From a virus, in IMG/VR virus record IMGVR_UViG_3300008050_000036, positions 9,606-73,605 of that record: 64,000 nucleotides of DNA. One strand, given 5' to 3'. The notes below the pieces were generated by a model. That model worked only from the letters and a program-made list of their open reading frames with translations. It was not told the DNA's origin and did no database searches. Every line of letters starts with the position of its first letter. Within the stretch, counting starts at the first letter, position 1. Shown piece by piece: positions 10,601 to 19,573 of this stretch. A program made the position numbers and the translations under genes.

Positions 10601-12876
10601 AGCCCTCTTGTTGATACTACCCCCTCACCAACAGTCACCACAAAACCATTACCGTCAGGTTCAGTAGCAAAGCCAGCAGTAAGAGTCCATATTTGATTAC
10701 CCCCTCCGTATGATGCAATAACCATCCCCCCTTCTTTCACAAAGGGCAATACACTATCCACTTCAATATACGCATTACTACCAGCCAATGTTCCAAAATT
10801 AACGGTGGTGGGCGCACCCACATAAATTGAGGCTCTTGTGAATGATGCGGCGTTTTCACGCGAAAAGCGCACCCATGCTTTACCATTTACCGCATCAAAA
10901 TCATTCACCTTTAAGGCACTTACTTGGTTTTTCATTCCCCAATCAATTGCCCACCGATTCTCATAATTTTGCATTTGGGGGCGATTTGCCGCTGTCATGG
11001 TAGTATCTAAGACTAATTCTAATGATTGATTACTTGGTAATGGGCTACGTTTATTTGTGCTACTTTCTAATCGTTGCTCAATATCAAAAAACATTGAAGG
11101 GAATATAGGTAATTCCACCAAAGCCCGCGTTGAAGCATAATAGGTAGAGGTCTGCCTGTCATTACGCACCGAAGCATTACCTGACCCCACTATTTTATCC
11201 TTCCAAACTGGCAAATTACTATGTTCAACCCTTGTGGGGTTAATATCTATACCACCTTGACCTAAACCACCCATTGTGATGCTAACAGAAGGGCTACCGA
11301 GGTCGCCTATTTCTTTAATGGGGTGTCCTTCGGCTAATGTAAAATCACGCTCAACCCGTTGGTCTGCAATATCTAATAATTGCGACCTACCCCGAATTAG
11401 TATTTCGCTGCCTCCCTCACTTACGCTATTTGGTATAATTTCCTCAACCCGCCCTCTCATAAGCATTAACTCAATAGAACAACGGTGATATTGGTCAGAT
11501 GCTTCCCTTCTTGTCAAAATAGTGGATAAAGTATTACTTCTTTGGCGGTTTTTTGGGTGTATTAGCAACAAATGTCGGTCACTTTCAATCAAATTATCTA
11601 TAATATCATATTGTTCAAGAGCAACTGGTTGCTGACTACCATATGTGCCTGTTGATAACGCCGTTCCTTTGCCTTGAATACCTATTGACATTGTATGATA
11701 AGCATTTTTACTATTGGTTGCTGGTGAACGAGTATTGGGTAAAGCGATTGGTATTCCATAACCATTTGTTTTGTTTTTTATCCCCGCAATTGCACCTTGA
11801 ATTACCGTATGTGGGCAATTTTCAATGTTGATAAACGGCGAATTGGTTATATCTCCCGTGGGGTTATTACGAAGGGTATGACTTTTCATTGGGCGTTGTA
11901 AATCTTTAGTAGGGATGGCTATTACTCCACCGGGGGCATGAATTACCAAAGGGGTATAGGCTGGTGGTGCGCCAAATGAAGCAGTATCGTAGGGTAATTT
12001 TAACCAATCAGCCAAAGTGCGATATGATGGTGTGCCTGTGCTATTATCTGTAAAAATGGTATTTGCGTCAGGAACGGTGCGCTTTACCACCAACCACGCA
12101 TTTTGTGTAGTGTTGTTTATGCCTTCAATGTCATTTTTGCTTTCATTATGACTATTTGAGCCAGCAGACGAAGCAAAAGTGCTACCTTTCCACCCTGCCA
12201 TTACCTCTCCGGTTAAATCTATTGCATTGTAATATACCAGTATTTTTGGTGGGCCTCCGGCAGTAATTAAGGCGGCTGGTGCATCTATTATAGCCAACCT
12301 GCATTCTTTTTCAGGAGTCAAATGACGGATATAATCACCATTTGTAGGTTTAGTAGGGTCAGTAAAGTCAAAAAGTGCGTTTTGGTCTGTGTCAAAACCT
12401 TTCAACAAAAAGGGTAGCACATCTTCAATACCAATCGCAATAATAGTATCTTTTCCTGACGAATCAATAATTGATGAACCATCGTGGTATGAAATACCCC
12501 CTTGTGTGATAATTGATTGGGTTTTGGCCCCCCCAGTAGTAGCACTATATGTGGCTAATTGGCTTTGTGTTTGAACAGTAAGTGCTTCGGCTTGATAAAC
12601 CACTTGGGTAATATCCACTTTGTCATTAAGCCCTACTAAAGAACCAATTGTTGTATCTTCATAACCCGATTCAAACTTATCGGTTAAACCCTGAACGGTC
12701 CGACTAATGTTTTCACTTTTGGGTTCAGGCATTTTTTTCAAGTAAAAATGCCCCTCAACGCGGTTATATGTGGTTAAACCACACAAACCCTGCAAGTCTT
12801 TTACGGGTGGATTTAACGAATTACTAATTGGGTCCGACCCTTCACCTGTTAATGGTTCTGCATCCGATTCACCCAT
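7681..12876 (-). CDS. Large tail-tip protein (1731 aa) with C-terminal LamG/concanavalin-A-like domain
   Basis: C-terminal WNHIVVTH...LVYVNGAL...YFNGRLSEVALWDKVLSPSDITTLYN is a LamG pattern. Located after the tape measure. Confidence 0.8.
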   Translation of the reverse strand: MGESDAEPLTGEGSDPISNSLNPPVKDLQGLCGLTTYNRVEGHFYLKKMPEPKSENISRTVQGLTDKFESGYEDTTIGSLVGLNDKVDITQVVYQAEALTVQTQSQLATYSATTGGAKTQSIITQGGISYHDGSSIIDSSGKDTIIAIGIEDVLPFLLKGFDTDQNALFDFTDPTKPTNGDYIRHLTPEKECRLAIIDAPAALITAGGPPKILVYYNAIDLTGEVMAGWKGSTFASSAGSNSHNESKNDIEGINNTTQNAWLVVKRTVPDANTIFTDNSTGTPSYRTLADWLKLPYDTASFGAPPAYTPLVIHAPGGVIAIPTKDLQRPMKSHTLRNNPTGDITNSPFINIENCPHTVIQGAIAGIKNKTNGYGIPIALPNTRSPATNSKNAYHTMSIGIQGKGTALSTGTYGSQQPVALEQYDIIDNLIESDRHLLLIHPKNRQRSNTLSTILTRREASDQYHRCSIELMLMRGRVEEIIPNSVSEGGSEILIRGRSQLLDIADQRVERDFTLAEGHPIKEIGDLGSPSVSITMGGLGQGGIDINPTRVEHSNLPVWKDKIVGSGNASVRNDRQTSTYYASTRALVELPIFPSMFFDIEQRLESSTNKRSPLPSNQSLELVLDTTMTAANRPQMQNYENRWAIDWGMKNQVSALKVNDFDAVNGKAWVRFSRENAASFTRASIYVGAPTTVNFGTLAGSNAYIEVDSVLPFVKEGGMVIASYGGGNQIWTLTAGFATEPDGNGFVVTVGEGVVSTRGLRLHIWKMEINGASHRLYYNRYHDWEDDLLNEAGLISQIIEGLPVIMGCWLADTGGEGSGLYPVGHSITGLQVPVGTSASTLAQNYAGSMEIALGFRRSSNTRICFDPDDSTGATIIILNGPNMEGFSFDPGNYIYSDDDIPLNPPIECRTGYLSLKGKKADDTLDWVRPQRIKLGDIGNKGNVTNLEEGVNELIRQINQAGHPLAKNTNGGSAFDPPVLFDENAGTYTITSTDNGSHMGYVRAFIGSDVESRDGESGLSIVIHSTIPGATGRNFAAWLHNYSPYPYRPIQAIGHGGLLATNSRSYQASSFAAPLPLGMDGETFVPITTFQGGLHGAVEDAMGNLRTYKGIGQEYSFKTITGAKQTNGELWPDYDLEVFPNLVVERKTLDIISRVSENISSTNKGKILVNGIIGVFEGIGANVAGNICKVRGNGACAFLLNARPIDINDVKKWNDMFFDRNGNYKEITIKLILPLIDNHGILFFGGGHTGVTFDISDGTANDYGDFYTHHYSKGPSGYSGFQNLHEVQTAAAVLDFTNIKNADTVKENTYRGIHHKQTITNTGTAPESNHLMTQDVLFYVRLNNGELDQIDYTTGSEAPVESLYGSKLMAVGNWNNALIAQTSSPIIVDGDARAVYFSGQPNHACLALHKIEVEGLQQVSPRVPIKNDMEADDWSISFFMHPHDTTWPWTTIYGNGPVLHGIDQNGKPWGISIVSKEDVLIGTDIDFKVIMHDTQNGGLSFNYESNSVVRAKGLWNHIVVTHEGGHGGAGALVYVNGALISTIQTPILNVDLVNQGIYNGGTVPDTPHLPQNIGVGIKANSGILVNHPLASLYSAFSTDRIAVASNPTIQFNVGDEVLTSGGGFIGIIDSMDSTTILFVENILVNVPHNDNLQKITALGTGFYGRDSNMLTLGVGLITHSPIPTYTYGEHHGGGVNVYDPIYFNGRLSEVALWDKVLSPSDITTLYNARSVWD

Positions 12877-12878
12877 TT

Positions 12879-15494
12879 TTAGACCCCATATTTATCTTCG
12901 AACCATTGTTTTATATCAGCATCTTGAGTATCACTCATATGAAGTGGATAGGCGAGTATTTCATGCACAATAAAACCCGGTGGTGCTAAGTTAGCAATAT
13001 CATTGGCCCCCCCACTATCTGTCATTTCACATAAAAAGTCAATGCCTCCCCTTTGGGGTGAAATATCATCAAAAATAAGTGAAGTGGTAGGCGACCAATT
13101 ACCTGTCCCACCAATACCATTTACTCCCTGTTCCCCACGCCAATCCCAAGCGAAACGAGAAGCCCCTGCATCTATTCTTAGGGATATAAGAGCAGGTGAA
13201 CCAGCAGTAGGTCTGTAAGTAGAAGGCAAACCTACACCAACCATCCCATCAGCATCAACGTAAGGGAATGTTCCCCCATTATCTATTTGAACATTAAAAT
13301 TATTGTTTATTTCACTTCGCATCAATGTAAGAGGCACACCAGCAGTATATTGAGGGGTGACTACGAAGTAATAAGACCAATCGCCGTCTGTCATATCTGG
13401 ACCACCGCCATACAAATTAGCGAGGTGTTGGATAGCAAAAGCAACAGGGCTTGACCCCGCAACGGCATTTGCTCTTACTGCGCTATCTCCATTAACCCAC
13501 CCTGAACCACCATAGAATTGTTGCCCAACTGGATATGTAGGCACGATTACCCCACCGCCAATAACAGGGCTACCACCCTGCCAAGCCATAGGTCCAGTAG
13601 GAGATACTAATGCTTCACTTGGGCTTACTGCTATAAGCCCACTACGATTGTTTGCTTTACCACAATTTTGAATCCAACGCCAGCCATCACCCCAACCATA
13701 AAAGTGATAATTCATAGTGCCGTCTGCCCTTGCTTTACTGTTCCACCAAAACACATAATCATCATTACTGACAACAGAAGTGCCGTCATAGCGCAATACT
13801 GTTGTTTTGTCGTTAGCATCTAACCATATAGCAAGGTCATTAGCAAGAGGTGGTTCTATTGCTGATGAAGTGCCTGATACTCCTTGCACTTGAGTAAGCA
13901 TTTCATTTGACATACGAGATTTGGTAGCGATAAAATAAGCATCATTACCTTCGCCACTTTTATCATTAAAACGCTGGTTTTGAGTGAATGTAGCCCTTGT
14001 CATTTGTCCTTTTGGTCTTACAACAGCGGTAGTAGCACCGGGGTCAATAACTAAATCAGCATTACCAAGTGTGAACCAAACAGGGGTGTTGTCAGGATGC
14101 TCAAACAAAAATCCCTGTGTATTGGGGTCGTTGTTCCCTGACAATATAGTGTTTTGAATTATAACACTTGGGGGTCGGCCTAATCCTACATCCCCTTTGA
14201 AGTCAATTGCTACAATCCTCACGCGCTCAATAGGGTTCACCATTGGGTCAAGGTCAATGCCCCCTTCAGGTGATGAATCATAATACCCAAAGGGAGAAAC
14301 ACTACCCCCTGTCATTGGGTCAGTGCCGCCCGCATTTACTATGGCGTTGAGATTTGAAACGGGGATGCCGTCAGAATGGTAGTTAGCACCAGTAATTTGT
14401 GATGAAATGTCAAGAACCCCTCCTTCCCACCAAGTCTGCAATTGTAATTCCTCAACTTCTATTGAAAGCATATGAGAAGCCAATAACTCTAACGCAGTAG
14501 GGCGTTCTGTAAGGCCCGCCACTACACTATCAGGAAAATCCCTTATACTAAAATAACCATAATCATAACCTGCTTTTAGAGTAATAGGGCTGGTAATATC
14601 ACCACTTACCTCAATGGTAGTAAAATCATACCCTACGCAAACCATAGGTAAAGGCATCAACCCCTCCCCTTCACTACCCACGCCATCTTTGCCCTGTTGA
14701 GGATGAGCAGGATTACGATTATTAAAAAAATATATTTGTGGTATATCATCTTCATCTTCAAAATCCCATAAACCAACTGCTTCAGGTATTGTAGTAAAAG
14801 GGCGCATCTTTGGTTCAATCACACCCCTACTAATACGCACACTTTCAATAATACCTCTATATTCGCCACCCTCACCACCTATGAAAAGGTCTGCTGATTG
14901 ACTACGTATGATGCGTTTTTCACCTCCAAAATCCATATCTGCTACTAAATCAGTGTTAATGTAAATACGCATCCGTGTTCCTGTAAATTGGGCATTTACA
15001 TATAATAATTCACGGGAGGGTAAATCAAGGTCATGGGGTTTTGATTCGCCCCCACTATAAGACCCCCAATCAGTATTTGTTTGAGGATATGTTATAACAC
15101 TTGACACTCGTTCACTTCCTATTTTGCCTTCGGAGGTTCGGGTATGGAGGTCAAACACCGCTGGCGCAGACGAAAACGGCTCACCTACTTTTAAGGTGAA
15201 AGCATTTGGTTTGTGAACAATTACTCCCCCCCTATCGGGTATTACAAAAGCCTCTATTGTGAACGGCCCAATTATGTTATTCAACCCGTTGCCTTCATTG
15301 GGTATGTGCATAGAACCTACCTTTGGGCTATCGCTCTCATAAACACCCACTTTGTTTGTCACCCCTTGCTTTTCATCATGGGCAGCATTGAATAAATCCA
15401 CCCCACTTTCACGGAATGACCCAGTAGGCACAACCATACCATCTGTATATCCATTTAGCCTAACGGCTTTAGAATGAATCATTCGAATAGGCAT
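12879..15494 (-). CDS. Tail-associated LamG-domain protein (871 aa)
   Basis: FTIEAFVIP...MRIYIN...LFIGGEGGEYRGIIESVRISR (LamG). A second lectin-like domain lies between LAIWLDAND and IKQWFEDKYGV. Confidence 0.75.
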   Translation of the reverse strand: MPIRMIHSKAVRLNGYTDGMVVPTGSFRESGVDLFNAAHDEKQGVTNKVGVYESDSPKVGSMHIPNEGNGLNNIIGPFTIEAFVIPDRGGVIVHKPNAFTLKVGEPFSSAPAVFDLHTRTSEGKIGSERVSSVITYPQTNTDWGSYSGGESKPHDLDLPSRELLYVNAQFTGTRMRIYINTDLVADMDFGGEKRIIRSQSADLFIGGEGGEYRGIIESVRISRGVIEPKMRPFTTIPEAVGLWDFEDEDDIPQIYFFNNRNPAHPQQGKDGVGSEGEGLMPLPMVCVGYDFTTIEVSGDITSPITLKAGYDYGYFSIRDFPDSVVAGLTERPTALELLASHMLSIEVEELQLQTWWEGGVLDISSQITGANYHSDGIPVSNLNAIVNAGGTDPMTGGSVSPFGYYDSSPEGGIDLDPMVNPIERVRIVAIDFKGDVGLGRPPSVIIQNTILSGNNDPNTQGFLFEHPDNTPVWFTLGNADLVIDPGATTAVVRPKGQMTRATFTQNQRFNDKSGEGNDAYFIATKSRMSNEMLTQVQGVSGTSSAIEPPLANDLAIWLDANDKTTVLRYDGTSVVSNDDYVFWWNSKARADGTMNYHFYGWGDGWRWIQNCGKANNRSGLIAVSPSEALVSPTGPMAWQGGSPVIGGGVIVPTYPVGQQFYGGSGWVNGDSAVRANAVAGSSPVAFAIQHLANLYGGGPDMTDGDWSYYFVVTPQYTAGVPLTLMRSEINNNFNVQIDNGGTFPYVDADGMVGVGLPSTYRPTAGSPALISLRIDAGASRFAWDWRGEQGVNGIGGTGNWSPTTSLIFDDISPQRGGIDFLCEMTDSGGANDIANLAPPGFIVHEILAYPLHMSDTQDADIKQWFEDKYGV

Positions 15495-15498
15495 ATCA

Positions 15499-16767
15499 TC
15501 AAATCCCTAATAATTGTTCACAAGCGACAAATCCTAATGTATAAGTCCATACCGAATCACCCGCTTCATAAGATGGTTGAAAGGTTTGAATTACCCCCGG
15601 AATTGCTATGCCTTGCCTAAAGAATGGATTTGGGCGCACTACTTCACCGCCCACTATGTCTATTGGGTCAAATGCAGTAGTATTTTCATCTGCTGGATAA
15701 CTTGTTCCGGGGCCAGATGGTGAAATAAATTGCCGTATTACAGTAGTATCAGCCCCCGTTGCAGTAATTATAGAATCATATGGTATGCGAATACCAACAA
15801 TATACTTCTCTACATTATCAGAACGGTCTATCCTCAAAAACTTGCTTATATCAAAATTAGAAATAGAATCGGGCATCTCAATCAAATCTCCTGTGAAGGA
15901 TTGTGCGCTCAACATACCACCTCCGGGGCTTGCATTCATAGTCATGTTAAGTAAATCTTGTATCTTATCCCCACGACTCATTTTACTACCAGTCACACCA
16001 TTATTCAATGACGATGAAACCCAAAAGGCATTAGCCCAATTTTGAGTAGTGCTAACCCCCAATGCCCCACTTTTAGTAATAGGTGTATTACCATCAGCAC
16101 CTTTAGTAATGTTAGTTATAGTTATTTTTTCAGTAGTTAATGCACCTACTCCTTGATGGTCGCCACTTAATTGTTTTTGTCCTGCACTTTGAGTAATTGT
16201 GAATATGGATGATATAGTGGCCGCTGCACCATTAACATTAACTGAATTAGTAGTAAGAGCAGTATGTATTGCATCTGCAAGGTGTCCTGTGTGATTAACT
16301 ACACCACTAAGGTCAATAGGCACAATAGTATTGGTCGCCGCACCAGTAGCCCATGCAGGGCCAGCACTTGTGCTAAAACGCAGGGTAATATCTTCATCAA
16401 GACCAGCCGCTACTTGACCTGCTGATTTGAAAGTCCACTGCTTACCTTCTAACATTGTCACAATATCTGCAATTGACCCAATATCATCTTGTGCTATCTG
16501 TTGATTAAACCACGAATCGGCATTAGTAGTAGGGCGTGATAAGTCTAATGACCCTATCGCACCAACCGAGCCACTTACTTCTGAATCATCAGTCATTATA
16601 CCATCAACTGTAATACTTAAATTATTGTCGTTGGTATCAAAACCAGCCCTTACGCCAACAATAGGTATAGCCCATATTTTGACTCCCCGTTGGATATTAA
16701 ATGCTATATTAGTAGCATTCAATTCAATTATTCCGCCATCACGCCTAATTAAGTGTATTTTAGGCAT
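15499..16767 (-). CDS. Putative distal tail (Dit-like) protein with insertion
   Basis: Immediately downstream of the tape measure. Beta-rich N- and C-termini flank a Thr/Gly-rich insert. Call is positional. Confidence 0.55.
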   Translation of the reverse strand: MPKIHLIRRDGGIIELNATNIAFNIQRGVKIWAIPIVGVRAGFDTNDNNLSITVDGIMTDDSEVSGSVGAIGSLDLSRPTTNADSWFNQQIAQDDIGSIADIVTMLEGKQWTFKSAGQVAAGLDEDITLRFSTSAGPAWATGAATNTIVPIDLSGVVNHTGHLADAIHTALTTNSVNVNGAAATISSIFTITQSAGQKQLSGDHQGVGALTTEKITITNITKGADGNTPITKSGALGVSTTQNWANAFWVSSSLNNGVTGSKMSRGDKIQDLLNMTMNASPGGGMLSAQSFTGDLIEMPDSISNFDISKFLRIDRSDNVEKYIVGIRIPYDSIITATGADTTVIRQFISPSGPGTSYPADENTTAFDPIDIVGGEVVRPNPFFRQGIAIPGVIQTFQPSYEAGDSVWTYTLGFVACEQLLGI

Positions 16768-16769
16768 GG

Positions 16770-18476
16770 TTAAACACCTCTACTATATCCACTACCTCTT
16801 GAACGGTTGCGGAATGTGCGGCCTACTTCTTCGGATATTAAACGGGCTAATTTGCGATTATCGCCATTACCCCCACTAACATTGATTGTAAGATTGATGT
16901 TATCTCCCCCTTGACCGCCCCCCATGCCTTGTATTGTGACAGGGATGGTGCGGCCATCAGGGAGAGGCACAACGGCTTCTGTCCCGTGTAATGTGGCCGG
17001 ATAGCCGTTCTTAGAACCACTGGCTATACCCCCTCCTGCAAAACTGAACATACTACCTCCAATACTCCCTATTCCATCCAATGTGAACCTACCAACGCCT
17101 TCTAAAATCGTTTCTATCACATCAATAATTGGGGCTAAGAACTTCATTATTTGTTCTTTTGCTTCACCAAAATAACCAACAATCTTCCCAATTGTTCCCT
17201 GCCACATAGTAGTAATACTTTCAAGTAAAGTCTTTACTTTGCCCCAATCTCCTTGTAAAGCAGCAACAACAACCCTAATCATAGTCACAACGGTCCGAAC
17301 TACTGTGATAAAGACTACTATTGCTGCTTTCATAAAGGCGAAAACTGCTTTGGCATAAGGCTTTACATATGGATAAACCCATCTAATGAACTTGATTATT
17401 GTGGATATATATTTAGCAACACACTTAATCCATAATGCCCTTAACTCGGCAGACATACTGATTATTTCGTTAATAAAGTCTAAAAGCCCCGAACTTTCTA
17501 AGAACCCCATGAACTTAGACCACGCAGTAGTCATTGTGTTCATTATGGTATCAAATGTGAGTCCTGTGCCTTCTAAAGCCCCCGTTATTTCATCATAAGC
17601 CCCCGATATTTCACTCCATAATAACTGAACATTTGTTATTATTGTTTGAAGGATTCCTGAACTAATCAACACATCAATTAACTCAAAAATCATATCATAG
17701 ACACTATTATAAACGACAAAAAACATACCAATTGCTTCTTCAAGCCCCGCACCCAATTGATTCAAAACTACCCGAAAATCAATATCAGTATCAGAAAAGG
17801 TGACTTGCGATTTAATGTTCTCCCATAATCCAATTACTCGTTCTTTTTGTTGTGACAAAGTATCAACTAAACCAGTAAAAAGGGTTTGAGCCGCAGGTCC
17901 AAAGGCTTCTTGTAATGTTGCGGCTGCCCCCAAAGCACCCGTTTTCACCGCTTCAAAATCAAAATTACCTATTTTATCCTTTAGAAAATCAACTTTTTCT
18001 TGAACAAAACCAAAAGCCGCCCCCAAAATAGGTAAATCTTCTAACCAAGCACGTAATGAACCCCCTCCCTTATCAAAAGCGGCCACAAGTAGCATAACTA
18101 CACCCATTATCATAAAAAATATACCAATTAAAGGTAAAATAGTAATCAAAATACCATTAAAAAGTGCTTTTGTTATTTTCAAAGTCTTAGTAAAAGGTAA
18201 AAAGACCAAATGTAATGTAGTAGCCGTCTTAGTCATTTTTTTCATATTTTCATTGGCTTTTTCATCTACTTTTTCCTTTTCTTTGAAAAGTTCCTTAACA
18301 CTTTGAGTAGCCATTTTGAACTTTATTTGGGCTTCATACAACGGACCCAAAAACTTCATCATCATTCGGTATCTGTCAGGTAATATAGCAAGCCCACTAT
18401 CCAATTGCGTAAGGGTCTTTACTTGATTGGCGAATTGATAATTCATTCCACCTATAAGTTCACTATCATTACCCAT
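16770..18476 (-). CDS. Tail tape measure protein (568 aa)
   Basis: Long amphipathic helices with W/F periodicity and a hydrophobic segment. C-terminal FAGGGIASG...LHGTEAVVPL motif is typical of tape measure proteins. Follows the chaperone pair. Confidence 0.85.
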   Translation of the reverse strand: MGNDSELIGGMNYQFANQVKTLTQLDSGLAILPDRYRMMMKFLGPLYEAQIKFKMATQSVKELFKEKEKVDEKANENMKKMTKTATTLHLVFLPFTKTLKITKALFNGILITILPLIGIFFMIMGVVMLLVAAFDKGGGSLRAWLEDLPILGAAFGFVQEKVDFLKDKIGNFDFEAVKTGALGAAATLQEAFGPAAQTLFTGLVDTLSQQKERVIGLWENIKSQVTFSDTDIDFRVVLNQLGAGLEEAIGMFFVVYNSVYDMIFELIDVLISSGILQTIITNVQLLWSEISGAYDEITGALEGTGLTFDTIMNTMTTAWSKFMGFLESSGLLDFINEIISMSAELRALWIKCVAKYISTIIKFIRWVYPYVKPYAKAVFAFMKAAIVVFITVVRTVVTMIRVVVAALQGDWGKVKTLLESITTMWQGTIGKIVGYFGEAKEQIMKFLAPIIDVIETILEGVGRFTLDGIGSIGGSMFSFAGGGIASGSKNGYPATLHGTEAVVPLPDGRTIPVTIQGMGGGQGGDNINLTINVSGGNGDNRKLARLISEEVGRTFRNRSRGSGYSRGV

Positions 18477-18813
18477 TATTCTTCAACCCTGTATTCATTC
18501 GCTCGAAAAAGTCAGCATCACTTGTGGTGCGAACCGGCCGGCCCTTCGTTTGGCCGACTGAATGCTCACGCTTTAATTTGTTCATCATTTCCGCCTCTTG
18601 CTCACGATAAGCCACCATTAACAGATAATCCAAAACTACCCTTTCAGGGGGTAAATCATCCCATGAATGAGGGGGGCATTTGAAAAATACCCCAAGAAAA
18701 AAAGTAGTCAAAGCCGACCCTAAAACGGGTATTTTTTGTGCATTTAAGGGAAGGTCGCCTTCGCCATTCCACTTGATGAATACCCGTATATCATCAGCAG
18801 TTATTCCAAAGGG
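18469..18813 (-). CDS. Tail assembly chaperone frameshift extension (gpGT-like, -1 frame)
   Basis: The -1 frame is open from the slippery site (PFGITADDIRVFIKWNGEGDLPLNAQKIPVLGSALTTFFLGVFFKCPPHSW...) through the 18469..18711 ORF. Confidence 0.8.
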   Translation of the reverse strand, partial: PFGITADDIRVFIKWNGEGDLPLNAQKIPVLGSALTTFFLGVFFKCPPHSWDDLPPERVVLDYLLMVAYREQEAEMMNKLKREHSVGQTKGRPVRTTSDADFFERMNTGLKNNG

Positions 18814-19169
18814 CCTGTCATGCCCCCTTCTCCCATCCCTTCTGTGAGGGAGTCAAAAGAGGGTAATAAAGCCTGTATAGCATTACCGACTTCACCTTTA
18901 AGATTAAGTAAATCATTATTACTTAGGGCAGGTTCGGTTTTTATTACACAGCGTTTTAACATGAAACGCCAATAACCACCAAAGTCAATTTGAGGGGTCA
19001 TTTCACCATCATCACCGGTGGTTAAAGATACAAACTTACCCAAAGCCTCTTGGCGGTCAATCCATGATAATTCACGAATCCATACGGTCAAAGACCCAAA
19101 TGGGGTTTCAATTTCATGTTCTTCTGCTGTTTTACCTATGAGTAAATCATTCACTGTTGCTCGTTGCAT
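18801..19169 (-). CDS. Tail assembly chaperone (gpG-like)
   Basis: Small acidic ORF between tail tube and tape measure. Start re-assigned to MQRATV at 19169 (GGTGA RBS upstream). Ends at a slippery site. Confidence 0.75.
   Translation of the reverse strand: MQRATVNDLLIGKTAEEHEIETPFGSLTVWIRELSWIDRQEALGKFVSLTTGDDGEMTPQIDFGGYWRFMLKRCVIKTEPALSNNDLLNLKGEVGNAIQALLPSFDSLTEGMGEGGMTGPLE
18807..18813 (-). other. Programmed -1 ribosomal frameshift slippery site C CCT TTG
   Basis: X XXY YYZ heptamer in register with the chaperone frame, ending one codon before its TAA (GGC CCT TTG GAA TAA). The -1 frame joins the downstream ORF. Confidence 0.8.
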
Positions 19170-19530
19170 TGTTTTCACCTTCATTGACTTCGGCTTCTTC
19201 ACCTGCACCATCGTTAGTGTTCAATCGCTCAATCAATTCAGCCTTTGTGCCTGAAGCGGAGAGTCCAGCCTGACTACATAATACTTGTAATTCGGTCTTA
19301 TTTAACTCACCATAACTTGTTGGCTCAACTACTTCATTAACAGGTGCTTCATCAATTACTGGTTGGGGTGCTGGTGCTGCTGGTGCAGGGGCTACAACTA
19401 CTAATGGGTCAATGACTTTAATTTCTGAAGCAGATAATCCTGCACCTTCAACTATTTCACTACCGTTAATAGTCCAATTCAAAAACTCACGCCTTCCTCC
19501 CACTGTTATATACCCTGTCAGCCTTACCAT
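19147..19530 (-). CDS. SAP-domain protein
   Basis: YGELNKTELQVLCSQAGLSASGTKAELIERL is a SAP motif, preceded by a Pro/Ala linker. GGAGTGA RBS upstream of the ATG at 19530. Confidence 0.8.
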   Translation of the reverse strand: MVRLTGYITVGGRREFLNWTINGSEIVEGAGLSASEIKVIDPLVVVAPAPAAPAPQPVIDEAPVNEVVEPTSYGELNKTELQVLCSQAGLSASGTKAELIERLNTNDGAGEEAEVNEGENNATSNSE

Positions 19531-19573
19531 CTGTATCACTCCTGTTAGTTCTTCTTATTAGTTATTTGCCTCA

